Shown: one piece after another, positions 41,774-51,742 of the stretch | Position numbering within the stretch: position 1 is the first letter of the stretch | How the letters are laid out: every line of letters starts with the position of its first letter | Source of the DNA: an uncultured Porphyromonadaceae bacterium | GTDB lineage: Bacteria > Bacteroidota > Bacteroidia > Bacteroidales > UBA12481 | NCBI GenBank assembly: GCA_964465145.1 | Contig: CAYXJR010000006.1 | Span: forward strand, 9,702 to 73,701 | Direction of reading: 5' to 3' | Length of the DNA stretch: 64,000 nucleotides | Made by a program: the position numbers and the translations under genes | Notes under the pieces: generated by a model | What the model saw: only the letters and a program-made list of their open reading frames with translations | The model's database searches: none | What the model was told of the DNA's origin: nothing

Positions 41774-41926
41774 ATGATTGACATAAAAACCCCGAGAATA
41801 AAAATCTGCTGCATCCAAAGCCCGGCGGAGGCCAGATTGGTTTTTCAGTATGGTGTGGATGCCATTAAGGTTGATCTTGAAAAACTAAGCAGGTTCATTG
41901 AAAATGTGCGTAAAGGATGCTCGTAA
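41774..41926 (+). pseudogene. trpF: micro-relic of phosphoribosylanthranilate isomerase (internal deletion)
   Basis: 50-aa frame MIDIKTPRIKICCIQSPAEARLVFQYGVDAI (TrpF N-terminus, KICGI-type) joined directly to KVDLEKLSRFIENVRKG (TrpF-like C-terminus). About 150 aa of barrel are absent. Confidence 0.5.
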
Positions 41927-41989
41927 TACCTTGGGGCCCTTACAAGACACATAAGATGGATACATTTCTTTAATGCTAAAACAATTACA

Positions 41990-44331
41990 ATGACCATTTT
42001 AAAATCTTCTCAGATTAATAAGATAGGACTGATCATTTCATGCTTTATTTTCTTTACATCTTTGAATGTTTCAGCCCAGGAAATAAACGCCGACTTTCTT
42101 GAGCGGGTGGAAAAATACCAGAATCAAAACCCTCAAGAATTAGTATACCTTCATACCGACCGGGAAGTTTATGCTCCTGGTGATGAGATTAATTTCAAAG
42201 CTTATATAAGGGATCTATACCATCCATCATCATTGAGCATAAGTAAAAATCTCCATATAATTCTAGTGGATCAGTCCGGAAATGTTCAACAGGAGAAAAT
42301 CTTTCAATTGAAAAACAACCAGTCAGAAGGAGGATTTAAACTGATCAATGGTTTAATGGAGGGAGAACACAGTTTGATAGGGTGGACTGATGGCATGGAA
42401 ACCGGATCTGCTCAAAACGTTTTTCAAAAAAAGGTATTTATCAAGGAAAGATTTTTACCTGCGTTATTTATTAATCTTTCTGCAGGACAAACCCGCTATC
42501 TTCCCGGTGATCTTGCCCAGATTCAAGTAGGCTGGTGAGTACTATCGGAACCCCTCTAAAAAGAAAACAGTTCAGTTACAATGCCTGCTTTAATGGCACC
42601 TCCTTTGAAGCGAAAGAAGCCAGGACTAATAAGGATGGTAAAGCCAGTTTGGACCTTCCTCTGCCCGACAATAATGAACTTGGTATTATTATATTGGAAG
42701 TGGCCGTAGACCAAATGGGCAATACATTCCTTAACAGCATATTGGTCCCCACTTCACGAACACCTATATGGCTTGATTTCGCACCAGAGGGAGGACTTTT
42801 TGTAGATGGTTTTGAAACACAAATAGGGTTTCGGGCATATGATTATATGGGAAATGCGGTAGATATCGAAGGGCAAGTGCTTAACCAGGAAGGGCAGGTA
42901 GTAAAAAACATCCGAACCACCAACATGGGATTTGGGTCTTTCTCTGTTGAGGCCAAGTCCTCCGAACCAGTGAAAGTCAGATTAACAAAACCATCAGGTA
43001 TTGATATTGATTTCAACCTACCTGCAGTTCAGGAAAGGGGAATTCAATTGGCTTTGGCATCCAAAAGCGATACAAGCCTTGATTTTAAGATAAAATCTGA
43101 TATTGTCGATGCTGCAATCCCGCTGCATGCCGTAGGAGAAATGAACGGGATCCTGCTTTTTGAAAAGAGGTTCATCCTTAAAATAACCGATGAATTTAGT
43201 ATTCCAATATATCCAAAATGGCCTCCTGGTGTTTTTAAGATCAACCTTCTAAGCAGTACAGGTCAGGTTTTAGCCCATAGGTCGGTTTATTTATCCAGCC
43301 AACATCCGGTACTACATCAAAACCTTGACCAGCAAGGCAGCAGGGAGGCAAAACAGTTAATGATCGGTGCTAATATCCTTGATCCCAATGGAGTAACTAC
43401 ACCGGCAAATCTCAGTGTTTCTGTTATTGACAAACAGCTCGCTCCTGAGTGGAAACCCATCCAGGATATAATGTCATGGTTCCTCCTTGGCCCATCAGCT
43501 TCTTATGCTGCTTTTCCTGCAGGATTCCTGGTGAGTCCATCAATGGAGGATGAGAAAACCATAGATCATTACATGCTGTTCCAAATGAGCAATGATCTCG
43601 AATGGGAAAGAATAAAAACGGGAAAAATATCCAGGGCCGACAAAACCATATCAGAATTTAGAGAGGAACTCCAACAGATATACCAACCAGGTGACTTCGA
43701 ATTGCTAATTTCACAAATACGACAAAGCCAGTTTTTTAATCGTTATTATTTAGATGCCAACCCGGGATTTATGGATTTCATTATGGATAACAAAAGTGCC
43801 CTTGAAAACTTAGGCTATTTTCCGGTCAAATTAACTTCTGATGAACAGGTGCAGCGTCAATTAGCCAACGGCCAGTCGATCATGAATGTTCTGATGTCTA
43901 TCAAACCATACAAAATGATGGGCAATAAAATTGTTTTTAGGGGGGTAGACTCATTTAATTACCAGGGAGGAGTACTTATTGTTATCGATGGGGTACCCAG
44001 AGGTACTGACCCTGCAGTTTTTAATTCCATCAGTCCGTATGATATTGAAAGCATGAAAGCTTCGGCCAATATATCAGATATCCAAAAATATTCTGGCCTT
44101 AATTCAACAGGAGTAATAGAAATAAAAACTAAAAAAAGTTCAAACAGCACGGGAATGTTATCCGGACCAGGTGTTCTGTATCCAACGATTTATTGGGATC
44201 CGGATCTACATACTGATGACAAGGGAAATATTTCAATCAATTTACCGGAACTTCCTACGAAATCCTCACAAAAAACCATGATACAAGGTGTGGATACAAA
44301 TGGAAGTCTTCTGATCTGGACAAATAAATAA
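41990..44331 (+). pseudogene. MG2 (alpha-2-macroglobulin-like) domain protein with C-terminal TonB-plug-like domain, split by a frameshift
   Basis: ORF1 has a signal peptide and VYLHTDREVYAPGDEINFKAYIRD. ORF2 ends in IVFRGVDSFNYQGGVLIVIDGVPRG...GVIEIKTKK. Both frames are open across 42511-42538, and the second MG-type repeat RYLPGDLAQIQV | VSTIGTPLK continues across the shift. Confidence 0.65.
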
Positions 44332-44381
44332 AACCCTTTTGAGTTGGTGAGGCGTTTGAAGAAACCGTAAAGGCCTGTAAA

Positions 44382-45140
44382 TCACTCCGACCGCCTGGAT
44401 TGTTGGTTTTGCATCTTACTCAGCCTCCACTCTGCCAATTGTTTAATACGGGAAACCACATTTGCCGTAACACGGTTATGGATAGTCTGCCAAATCCGGT
44501 CAACAATTCTTAATCTGGATGACCAATCTTCCTTACCGTAAAAATTAAAACCTACTGTAAGAAATAACTGAGCCTGTTCGGTTTCACCCATATCTTCAAT
44601 TGAAGATCGGACATACATAAAAAATATCCCAATCGGGTACCCTCCGGAACATTCGTACAATAGATACCTGGCATTGTCAAAATCAAAAGGATCGGGTACA
44701 CATTTAATTCGAATAGCGTTCATATTGAACAGAGGAAGGAGCCTCAATCCAAAAAAGCTTTTGCGAAATCCCAGGGGGTATTTTTCTTTTCCAAAAAGCA
44801 ATACCCGAATATTTTCAAGATTATTATTCACCAGATGAATTTTTGCAATATAGTTTGGCCAACAAGTAGAATCACCATTCCATCGTAAAAGTTCATCAAA
44901 AACATAGCTTGGAGGAGCATCAACTCCAATCTTATGGATGTTTAATACTGAAAATTTTTCCGGATCTATTCCAAATCGTTGTACTATTCGCTTATTATAA
45001 TTCTCCCGATCTTCTTCCGTTTTAAATTTGATAAGAGTAGGTTTCTTAGGTTTGTGAAAAAAGAAATACCGGATATCGGTAATTATTCCTGAACTCCGGG
45101 TGGGAGGGCTTATTTCTTTTATATTCTTTGAAAAGGACAA
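44382..45140 (-). CDS. hypothetical cytoplasmic protein
   Basis: 252-aa ORF with no ATG near the 5' end, so a TTG start is inferred. No signal peptide. Family not recognised with confidence. Confidence 0.45.
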   Translation of the reverse strand: MSFSKNIKEISPPTRSSGIITDIRYFFFHKPKKPTLIKFKTEEDRENYNKRIVQRFGIDPEKFSVLNIHKIGVDAPPSYVFDELLRWNGDSTCWPNYIAKIHLVNNNLENIRVLLFGKEKYPLGFRKSFFGLRLLPLFNMNAIRIKCVPDPFDFDNARYLLYECSGGYPIGIFFMYVRSSIEDMGETEQAQLFLTVGFNFYGKEDWSSRLRIVDRIWQTIHNRVTANVVSRIKQLAEWRLSKMQNQQSRRSE

Positions 45141-45586
45141 AATTGGGCTTTTTTAAAGTGTGAAATTAGTATTTAATCCATACTGTTTAAAGCTATTTAC
45201 CGTTTTATAATATGTAAAATAAATAGGAGGTGAAAGTCTGTAATCAACACCGATCTAAATGCAAATAAATTGGCTCGATCTTGCCATGTTTCTCTAATAA
45301 TAAATAGCAGGGATATCCCTGGGAGTTCTTCTAAAAGGAGTTTTCATAATGCCTGTATGCATTCCCGCGACCAGCCTGGTGTTTTTCAATCGGAGATAAA
45401 CCTCATCTATTTCCCTCACATCCATGCGGCAACCACTCAGGACCAGGTATCCTGAAGACTTGTATGGAATATTTTCATCGTAACCCGGCAGAGTGAAACG
45501 CACAGATTCATCTCTGGGCTTAAAAAATAAGGACTCATGGCCTGACGGCGACAGAAGAGGGTACTCACACAGAGAGTCGTTTTCAA

Positions 45587-46966
45587 TTACAATCCGGGCT
45601 GGGCATCAAGCATAGCGCGTAGTGCTTCATCCGAAGGACGAGGTGCTCTTGGAGTAATGATTTTCCCTTCGGTGTTAACAAAAACGAAAGTAGGTATATA
45701 ACGAACCAGGTAATCGTCATTCATGTTGATTGAATCGTGCAACTGAATCCAGTCAAAGGCTTCTTCCTCCACCATTTTTTTCCATGCTGCCTTATCTTTA
45801 TCAACTGAAATACTCATAAAAACTACGTTTCTGCCTTTATAATCCGCTACTAATTTCCTGTAATGGGGAAATTCTGCTTTACACGGCCCGCACCATGTAG
45901 CCCAGAAATCAATGTAAACATACTTTCCAGCCAGGTCTGCCAAAGCAAGATTCTCTCCATGAATATTTGGTAAAGAAAAAGTTGGAGCCGGCTGCCCAGG
46001 AAGGATAACCGACCATGCGTCAGACTTCTCTTTAACAGTGGCTTTATTTTCCTCATTAAGTGAGGTATTAAGATAACCTCTAATTACACCCTCAATTCCG
46101 GTAGGGGGGCCTGCATCCATTTGCTGGTTAAGCAGATCGTAGGTGAAATACTCCTTCATCTCAGGAATTTCAATGTGTTTGTCAATATAGTCCATTTTGG
46201 CAATCAATAATTCTGGCTTACCCCACATATCACCTGAAAGGCCGGCCTCAGTCATGGCCCCCTCTTCTATCTCACCACTTATAAAATTCAGTGCTGCCGG
46301 CACATCTATTAACAGAGGATTATTAAAATCCAGGGATGCCTTGAAATTATTCCAGCCATCAGGAAGGATAACAGTATCTTTTTTGGCATAATACCGATAT
46401 GCACGCGGATAAACATTCAGGTCGCTGTACAAACCATATTCCAGGGTAAGCCTTTCCAGGTCAGCAAAGGATTTAGAAATGCCGTCTGCAAGGTAACTGT
46501 CAAGTAACCCGTTGTAAACCTTTTGCATGGAATCCCGGCTCATCTTATAGTCCATAGGTTCTAGAACAAATTTATCTTTGGCTTTACTTTGCCATTCACG
46601 GGACAAGCTTGCTTTCTCCAGTATATAGTTATTCTCCTGGGTTAAATCCCCGGAAAAGCTTTGGGAGTTTTTCCAATCAGCAACATCAACCATAAAATCA
46701 ACGGTTTTGCCAGGCGCAATATAAACACTGGCACTGTTCCGTCCATATAGAAACATTATGGTCATGGGTTTTTCTGACTCCTTTTCAAAAGTAAAAGCCC
46801 CACCCTCATTGAGATCAATGGTATCCCTTACCCGATTGATGTAAGACATAAAAACAGTGGAATCAGGGTTGAGAATAGTTCCTGTCACACGACACAGATT
46901 ACTAGGGGTTTGTTGACATCCAGCCAGGATTATCAGACTGGTAAAGAACAAGAGTAAATTTTTCAT
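45587..46966 (-). CDS. TlpA/redoxin-family thiol-disulfide oxidoreductase lipoprotein
   Basis: The ATG at 46966 gives MKNLLLFFTSLIILAGC. The C-terminal thioredoxin fold carries FWATWCGPCKAEFP. Confidence 0.8.
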   Translation of the reverse strand: MKNLLLFFTSLIILAGCQQTPSNLCRVTGTILNPDSTVFMSYINRVRDTIDLNEGGAFTFEKESEKPMTIMFLYGRNSASVYIAPGKTVDFMVDVADWKNSQSFSGDLTQENNYILEKASLSREWQSKAKDKFVLEPMDYKMSRDSMQKVYNGLLDSYLADGISKSFADLERLTLEYGLYSDLNVYPRAYRYYAKKDTVILPDGWNNFKASLDFNNPLLIDVPAALNFISGEIEEGAMTEAGLSGDMWGKPELLIAKMDYIDKHIEIPEMKEYFTYDLLNQQMDAGPPTGIEGVIRGYLNTSLNEENKATVKEKSDAWSVILPGQPAPTFSLPNIHGENLALADLAGKYVYIDFWATWCGPCKAEFPHYRKLVADYKGRNVVFMSISVDKDKAAWKKMVEEEAFDWIQLHDSINMNDDYLVRYIPTFVFVNTEGKIITPRAPRPSDEALRAMLDAQPGL

Positions 46967-47046
46967 TGTTTGAGTTTTTTTAGTAAGATTATTATTTCTT
47001 TTTCTATTCTGTTTTTTTGGTAATCCTATCCTAAAATTGTATTTCA

Positions 47047-49059
47047 CTAATTATCATTCCAGTTGTCAGTGCGGAATGGGCCTGCTGGTAAACCTTCGAA
47101 ATTAAAAAGATTAGTTTGATCGGTAGATCCCCATCCAAACCTTACAGCCATGGGATTTTTAACTTCCGGACTGTAAACAATCAGGGTCTTTCCTTCAATT
47201 TCTGCACGTGCAGGTACAAATACACGGTCCCGCCCGGCGATCAGGAAATGAATCAGTTCAGGCCCGTCCATTTTAAGGCCCTCACCCACATTATCAAAAA
47301 TGATCCTGATCTTTGAAACTTCCTTTTTGTATTCTTTATAAAGGGGACCGGAAAATGGTATACCCTCCATCTGGTAATCTTTTGCCAGTGCCCAATAAGC
47401 CAGCCTCTTACCCACATCCTCTTTGTTTGGCGGATGAATGGTTACCAGGTCTCCAATGTCCATAGTCACCACCATTCCTGTATTTGGTAATTTCATTGCA
47501 TGATGTTGTGCTTCCCTGAGCAAACCTGTGCTGAGCTCATCCCGATAGGTATAAGGAGCGATCTGTACGTAGTAAAATGAGAAATCGCCCTGTCCCCAGT
47601 CATTTCGCCAGTTGTTAATCATATTTGGGAAAATCTGGCCATACAATTGACCGTCATACCTGTTTGATTCCCCCTGGTACCAAATTGCCCCTTTAATCCG
47701 AAAAGGGATTAACGGACTTATCATCCCATTGTAAAGGGTGGTTGGGGTATTAGGTTCCCCGCAATTGTCGCAATAAGGCATATCAACCACCTCTCCATAG
47801 CTAATACTTTTCCTGGCTTTCCATTTTCCCTTAAGAATTTTAAAGGAGGCGTCATTCCCAACAGGAAATATTCGGAGCTGATTTGCCTCTCCGAAGATAC
47901 CGCCTGCACCACTGGTATTTCCAACCTGGATTGCAATAGTATTATTCCCTGGCTTAACTATTCCAGCCGGGATCTTATAGATTCTTGGTGTAGCCCAGCT
48001 GTATGGATTGGGATGGGAGGCAACCTGAACTCCGTTTACCCAGGTGATATCTATTTCATCAATAGGGCCTAACTCGAGTTGGATTTCTTTACCCGACCAT
48101 TTCCTGGGAACCTTAAAACTAAGTCGGAATTCTACCATTCCGGAATAATTACCCAACCGAGTATTCTCCCATTTTGCTGGGACTTCAATCTTTTCCCAGT
48201 ATTTATCCTGGAATCCCGGTAAAACCCAATCAGGGGCCTTCTCTAAACCTGGTAAGAAACCTAAATTACCAAGCCACTTATCCTGAACTATCTGATATGC
48301 ATCAAGTTTTACCTGCCTGAACTCCTGAGAATCACACTCCCCCGGATAGGTTTGAAAATAGGGTATACGGCTAATAAATTCTTTGCTGGTCCATGCCTCA
48401 GCTGGAGTCCCTCCCCAGCTTGAATGAATAAGTCCAATCGGAATCCCCAGTTTTCGATACAGCTCTAATCCGAAAAAATAGCCGGCTGCACTGAAGTCCG
48501 GCATCTGTTCCGGGGAGCATTCTGTCCAATTCCCTTCACAATCATTCAGAGGTTCAAAGGAGGTTTTTCTAGCCACAGTAAATAAGCGGATTTCAGGATA
48601 ATCAGCAGTGGCAATGACTTGCTCTGATTCGGTTACAGGCTGACCTGCCCATCCTTTTACAGGCATCTCCATATTACTCTGACCGGAACAAAGCCATACT
48701 TCACCAACCATCACATTATTAAGGACAATATCTTTGCTCCCTGAGATGGTAAGTTCATACGGTCCTCCTGCCTTTGGGGTAGGCACATCAATCCTCCATT
48801 CACCATCTTTATTGCTCCGGGCTTTAACAGGAGAATCGAGCCATGAGGCTGACAGGTCGACTGTCTGACCTGGAGTATCCCAGCCCCAGAGAGGGACTAT
48901 GACTTGCTGTTGCAGAACCATATTGCTGCTAATGATAGCAGGTAATTTGGTTTGCGGATAGGCATTAGAAGTGGTAACTATAAATATACTGACAACCAAA
49001 AACCGAAGTGGGAATTTTACATTAAATGGCATATGTATCAAGTTATCGGGGTTTTCCAT
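47047..49059 (-). CDS. sialate O-acetylesterase-like SGNH esterase, secreted
   Basis: 670 aa with a signal peptide and the GEVWLCSGQSNMEMP (GQSNM) block characteristic of 9-O-acetylesterases. TAG stop is followed immediately by an in-frame TGA. Confidence 0.8.
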   Translation of the reverse strand: MENPDNLIHMPFNVKFPLRFLVVSIFIVTTSNAYPQTKLPAIISSNMVLQQQVIVPLWGWDTPGQTVDLSASWLDSPVKARSNKDGEWRIDVPTPKAGGPYELTISGSKDIVLNNVMVGEVWLCSGQSNMEMPVKGWAGQPVTESEQVIATADYPEIRLFTVARKTSFEPLNDCEGNWTECSPEQMPDFSAAGYFFGLELYRKLGIPIGLIHSSWGGTPAEAWTSKEFISRIPYFQTYPGECDSQEFRQVKLDAYQIVQDKWLGNLGFLPGLEKAPDWVLPGFQDKYWEKIEVPAKWENTRLGNYSGMVEFRLSFKVPRKWSGKEIQLELGPIDEIDITWVNGVQVASHPNPYSWATPRIYKIPAGIVKPGNNTIAIQVGNTSGAGGIFGEANQLRIFPVGNDASFKILKGKWKARKSISYGEVVDMPYCDNCGEPNTPTTLYNGMISPLIPFRIKGAIWYQGESNRYDGQLYGQIFPNMINNWRNDWGQGDFSFYYVQIAPYTYRDELSTGLLREAQHHAMKLPNTGMVVTMDIGDLVTIHPPNKEDVGKRLAYWALAKDYQMEGIPFSGPLYKEYKKEVSKIRIIFDNVGEGLKMDGPELIHFLIAGRDRVFVPARAEIEGKTLIVYSPEVKNPMAVRFGWGSTDQTNLFNFEGLPAGPFRTDNWNDN

Positions 49060-49182
49060 TCAACAACTTATGGCTGACCAAAATACGAATTTTTTACCGG
49101 TTTCTGATACAGCCAATATCGAGATCTGCTAATATTAGGAATTCAAAGAAAACGACCAGGCTCCCTCCATTTATAAGGTTAG

Positions 49183-49908
49183 TTATCTGCTAATCAATAC
49201 TTTTCTTCTGATTTGAAGGCCGTCTGGGTTTGAAATTTCCAGAATGGCACAAGAAGCGGACAGATTTCCAAGGGTAAAACTAAGTTCCCTGGCCATTGAA
49301 TCAGAAATAAGTTCTTTGATTACCTGTCCATTTAAACTCAACAACCTCATGGAATATGGTTTTTCCTGCACCTCCTGGAAATGGATAGTGAGCTGATCGA
49401 CGACGGGATTAGGATAAATACTAACAATGTTGCTATTTATCCTGATGTCTGGGATCCCAGCTGATCCAACCTGGTAAAAGCTTGTTACCCCAACCGAATC
49501 CTTATCATCTTGAGAGTTGAAAAATGTATAGCAGATTATAGAAGTTCCCTCCATCCCGTATGGTTCAAAATCACCAGCAATGGAAGAGAAATCCGATCCA
49601 AAAGCGGGGATTTTGATGGATACTGGAGAAACATATACCGTTGGCATAAAGCAACTTCCCCAGCAAAATGTATTCACTGTGTTTTCAACCAGGGAAATTT
49701 CTGTTTTTTTAACTTTTACTTCTATTTCTTTATCGGTAAGATTCTTTACAGTGATGTGTAATTCCATCAAATCGTCTGTAACAGCCCCTGATAGGTACAC
49801 GCTATCATTACTGATAACCTCATCATGGAATTTTAGGCTGAGGCTCTAAGCAAACACCTGACACGAGAACAAAAACAGAATCGAAGAAGTTATTGCAATC
49901 CTTATCAT
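49183..49908 (-). pseudogene. T9SS-sorted secreted protein interrupted by one in-frame TAG right after the signal peptide
   Basis: The ATG at 49908 gives MIRIAITSSILFLFSCQVFA, then TAG (49846-49848). The same frame continues SLSLKFHDEVISNDSVYLSG... to a type-A CTD (VSIYPNPVVDQLTIHF...LEISNPDGLQ). Confidence 0.65.
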
Positions 49909-49917
49909 TTTCCAAAT

Positions 49918-50754
49918 TTACTTTATTAATATCTCTCTGGTACATTGAATTACTTCCATGATGCCGGCCTCGTACAAAAATACAACCAAAGAACAATTTT
50001 CCGGTACCCATGAAGGCTCCAGGACCAAAAATTTTTCAATCTGGACATTTGCGCCAACCGAACAATCTGATTTTGAAAGCGTTTCACCCCAAACAGATCC
50101 CACCGAAGTTCTGAAAACATGATTGTGTACATAATTCTCAATATCGATTGGATCCATATCTTCATCCTTTTGCCAGGATATGATCCCGTCCTCGAGCAGG
50201 TAAACAGCCAACCTCACGTCCCCGTCAAGAGTTGAGTTATTAATTAACTTAATTGTAAGCTGCACTTCTCTACTATTTTCATGGTAATCAATGGTGGTCA
50301 TCAGTTCAACAGTAGCCTCATCATTCATCACGGCATCAACCTCAGTGGGCCAGGAGGAATAGGATGACAGACTGGCTTTATCCAGATTCCCAACCAGGCC
50401 TATAGGGAAGGATTCGAATTCATAATAACTTTCCAGTTCTGCGCCCTGAATGGTACGGAAATCTTTGGTGAATTTGTCGCCGGAAAGGGGACGTGCAAAG
50501 TATCCAAGATGGAAAGCCACAGGAATTACTCTATCACCGTATAAATCACTTAATTGATCGATAGTTCTATGGGCTTTGGGACAAGACTTGCAAGTATGGC
50601 CAGTAAAATCCAAGATCAAAACATTGATAAGATTTTTTTCTCCTATCACCCCGCCATCATCATGCTCCTCGAGATAGGGACCCTCAATCACATCACAGGC
50701 TCCAAATATTAAACTACTGGTGACAATCAAAAAAAATAGAGAAATTCTTTTCAT
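49918..50754 (-). CDS. Omp28-related thioredoxin-like outer-membrane lipoprotein
   Basis: 278 aa with lipobox IFGAC and ILDFTGHTCKSCPKAH (CxxC in the Omp28-related context). Confidence 0.55.
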   Translation of the reverse strand: MKRISLFFLIVTSSLIFGACDVIEGPYLEEHDDGGVIGEKNLINVLILDFTGHTCKSCPKAHRTIDQLSDLYGDRVIPVAFHLGYFARPLSGDKFTKDFRTIQGAELESYYEFESFPIGLVGNLDKASLSSYSSWPTEVDAVMNDEATVELMTTIDYHENSREVQLTIKLINNSTLDGDVRLAVYLLEDGIISWQKDEDMDPIDIENYVHNHVFRTSVGSVWGETLSKSDCSVGANVQIEKFLVLEPSWVPENCSLVVFLYEAGIMEVIQCTREILIK

Positions 50755-50763
50755 TCCGGGTGA

Positions 50764-51709
50764 TTAAAAAATACTGGTTATTGAAATAGTGAACCCATTC
50801 ATGGCCGGGACATTCCGACAAACGCCGCCAACACATAATATTCCCTCCCTTTGTTTCCCATAGCTCAGCTGAATCCGATTGGCATTGCGAACATAACCAA
50901 ATGATCCGTATAGGTAATGTTTCCGACTGGATTCATCCGGGTTCCCAAAATTATATTGGTCGGAAAGAGAGAAAAACCAATGGGGGGAGACAGAATATTC
51001 TGCCAGAATCATAGCCCATTTACCTTTGTCATCATCAGTCCATAAACTTTGCATCTCCATTCGCAAAGCATGCTTCGGGACGATTCTCCACGTAAGGTCC
51101 AAAATAGCGATATCGGCACTAACCATATCTCCCTTGCCCTCCAAAACCATCTGGTTATACTTAAGATGTTGATACAAGGCTGAAAATTTCCATTTCGCAT
51201 TTAGTTTCCTTGTAACTTCAACATTAAAATCCCGGTAAAAAATCTCTTTCCCGAGTTGGAAAAAATCTGAATAATATCCCAGAGTACCTGGTCTCCCGAT
51301 TGGAATGGTATCATTTATATTCTCGTGGTTGATATCATTAACAAGGGAAAAGTTAAAACTTATCTGTGTGCCATATTTACCACCTGCCCAGCTACCTCGT
51401 TTAATCAAGTAAGAAACCTCACCCTGCATGCCCATTTCTCCCTTCGGCTGTGAAGCATAAGGATAAAGGCTCATCAGACTATAGGAATAATTTTTTGATA
51501 TTGGAGGAAGGTAATTGATCATCAGGTTGGGTAAACCCGATTATCTAATATCATTTTCAATCTCTCATAATCCTGGAGAATTTTCGACAGCCTCAGACAG
51601 GTCCAATACCGGTAAGTATAAAATCCGGTGCATTTCCACTTCCATCGAGCTGAGCCATTGAATGAACAGCACCCAACATTAACAGTGGTGTTCCACCAAG
51701 AAAGACCAA
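50764..51709 (-). pseudogene. outer-membrane beta-barrel protein (DUF6029-like), N-terminally decayed
   Basis: The 252-aa ORF ends in an OMP-type terminus FTISITSIF. Upstream, the same frame carries in-frame TAA (51541-51543) and TGA stops. A signal-peptide-like stretch (LLVFLGGTPLLMLGAVHSMAQ) sits in another frame. Most of the expected N-terminal half is absent. Confidence 0.5.
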
Positions 51710-51742
51710 TAATCGTCCAGGAGTTCAACTCCACCGGAATTA

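Noticed and set aside
45270-45455. 61-aa plus-strand ORF
   Set aside because: It is antisense to the longer, more protein-like minus-strand frame at 45294-45589 and has no supporting features.
51522-51734. 70-aa ORF upstream of the truncated OMP gene
   Set aside because: Its W/C-rich composition (WWNTTVNVGCCSFNGSARWKWKC) is typical of out-of-frame translation. The region is better explained as decayed 5' sequence of the OMP gene.
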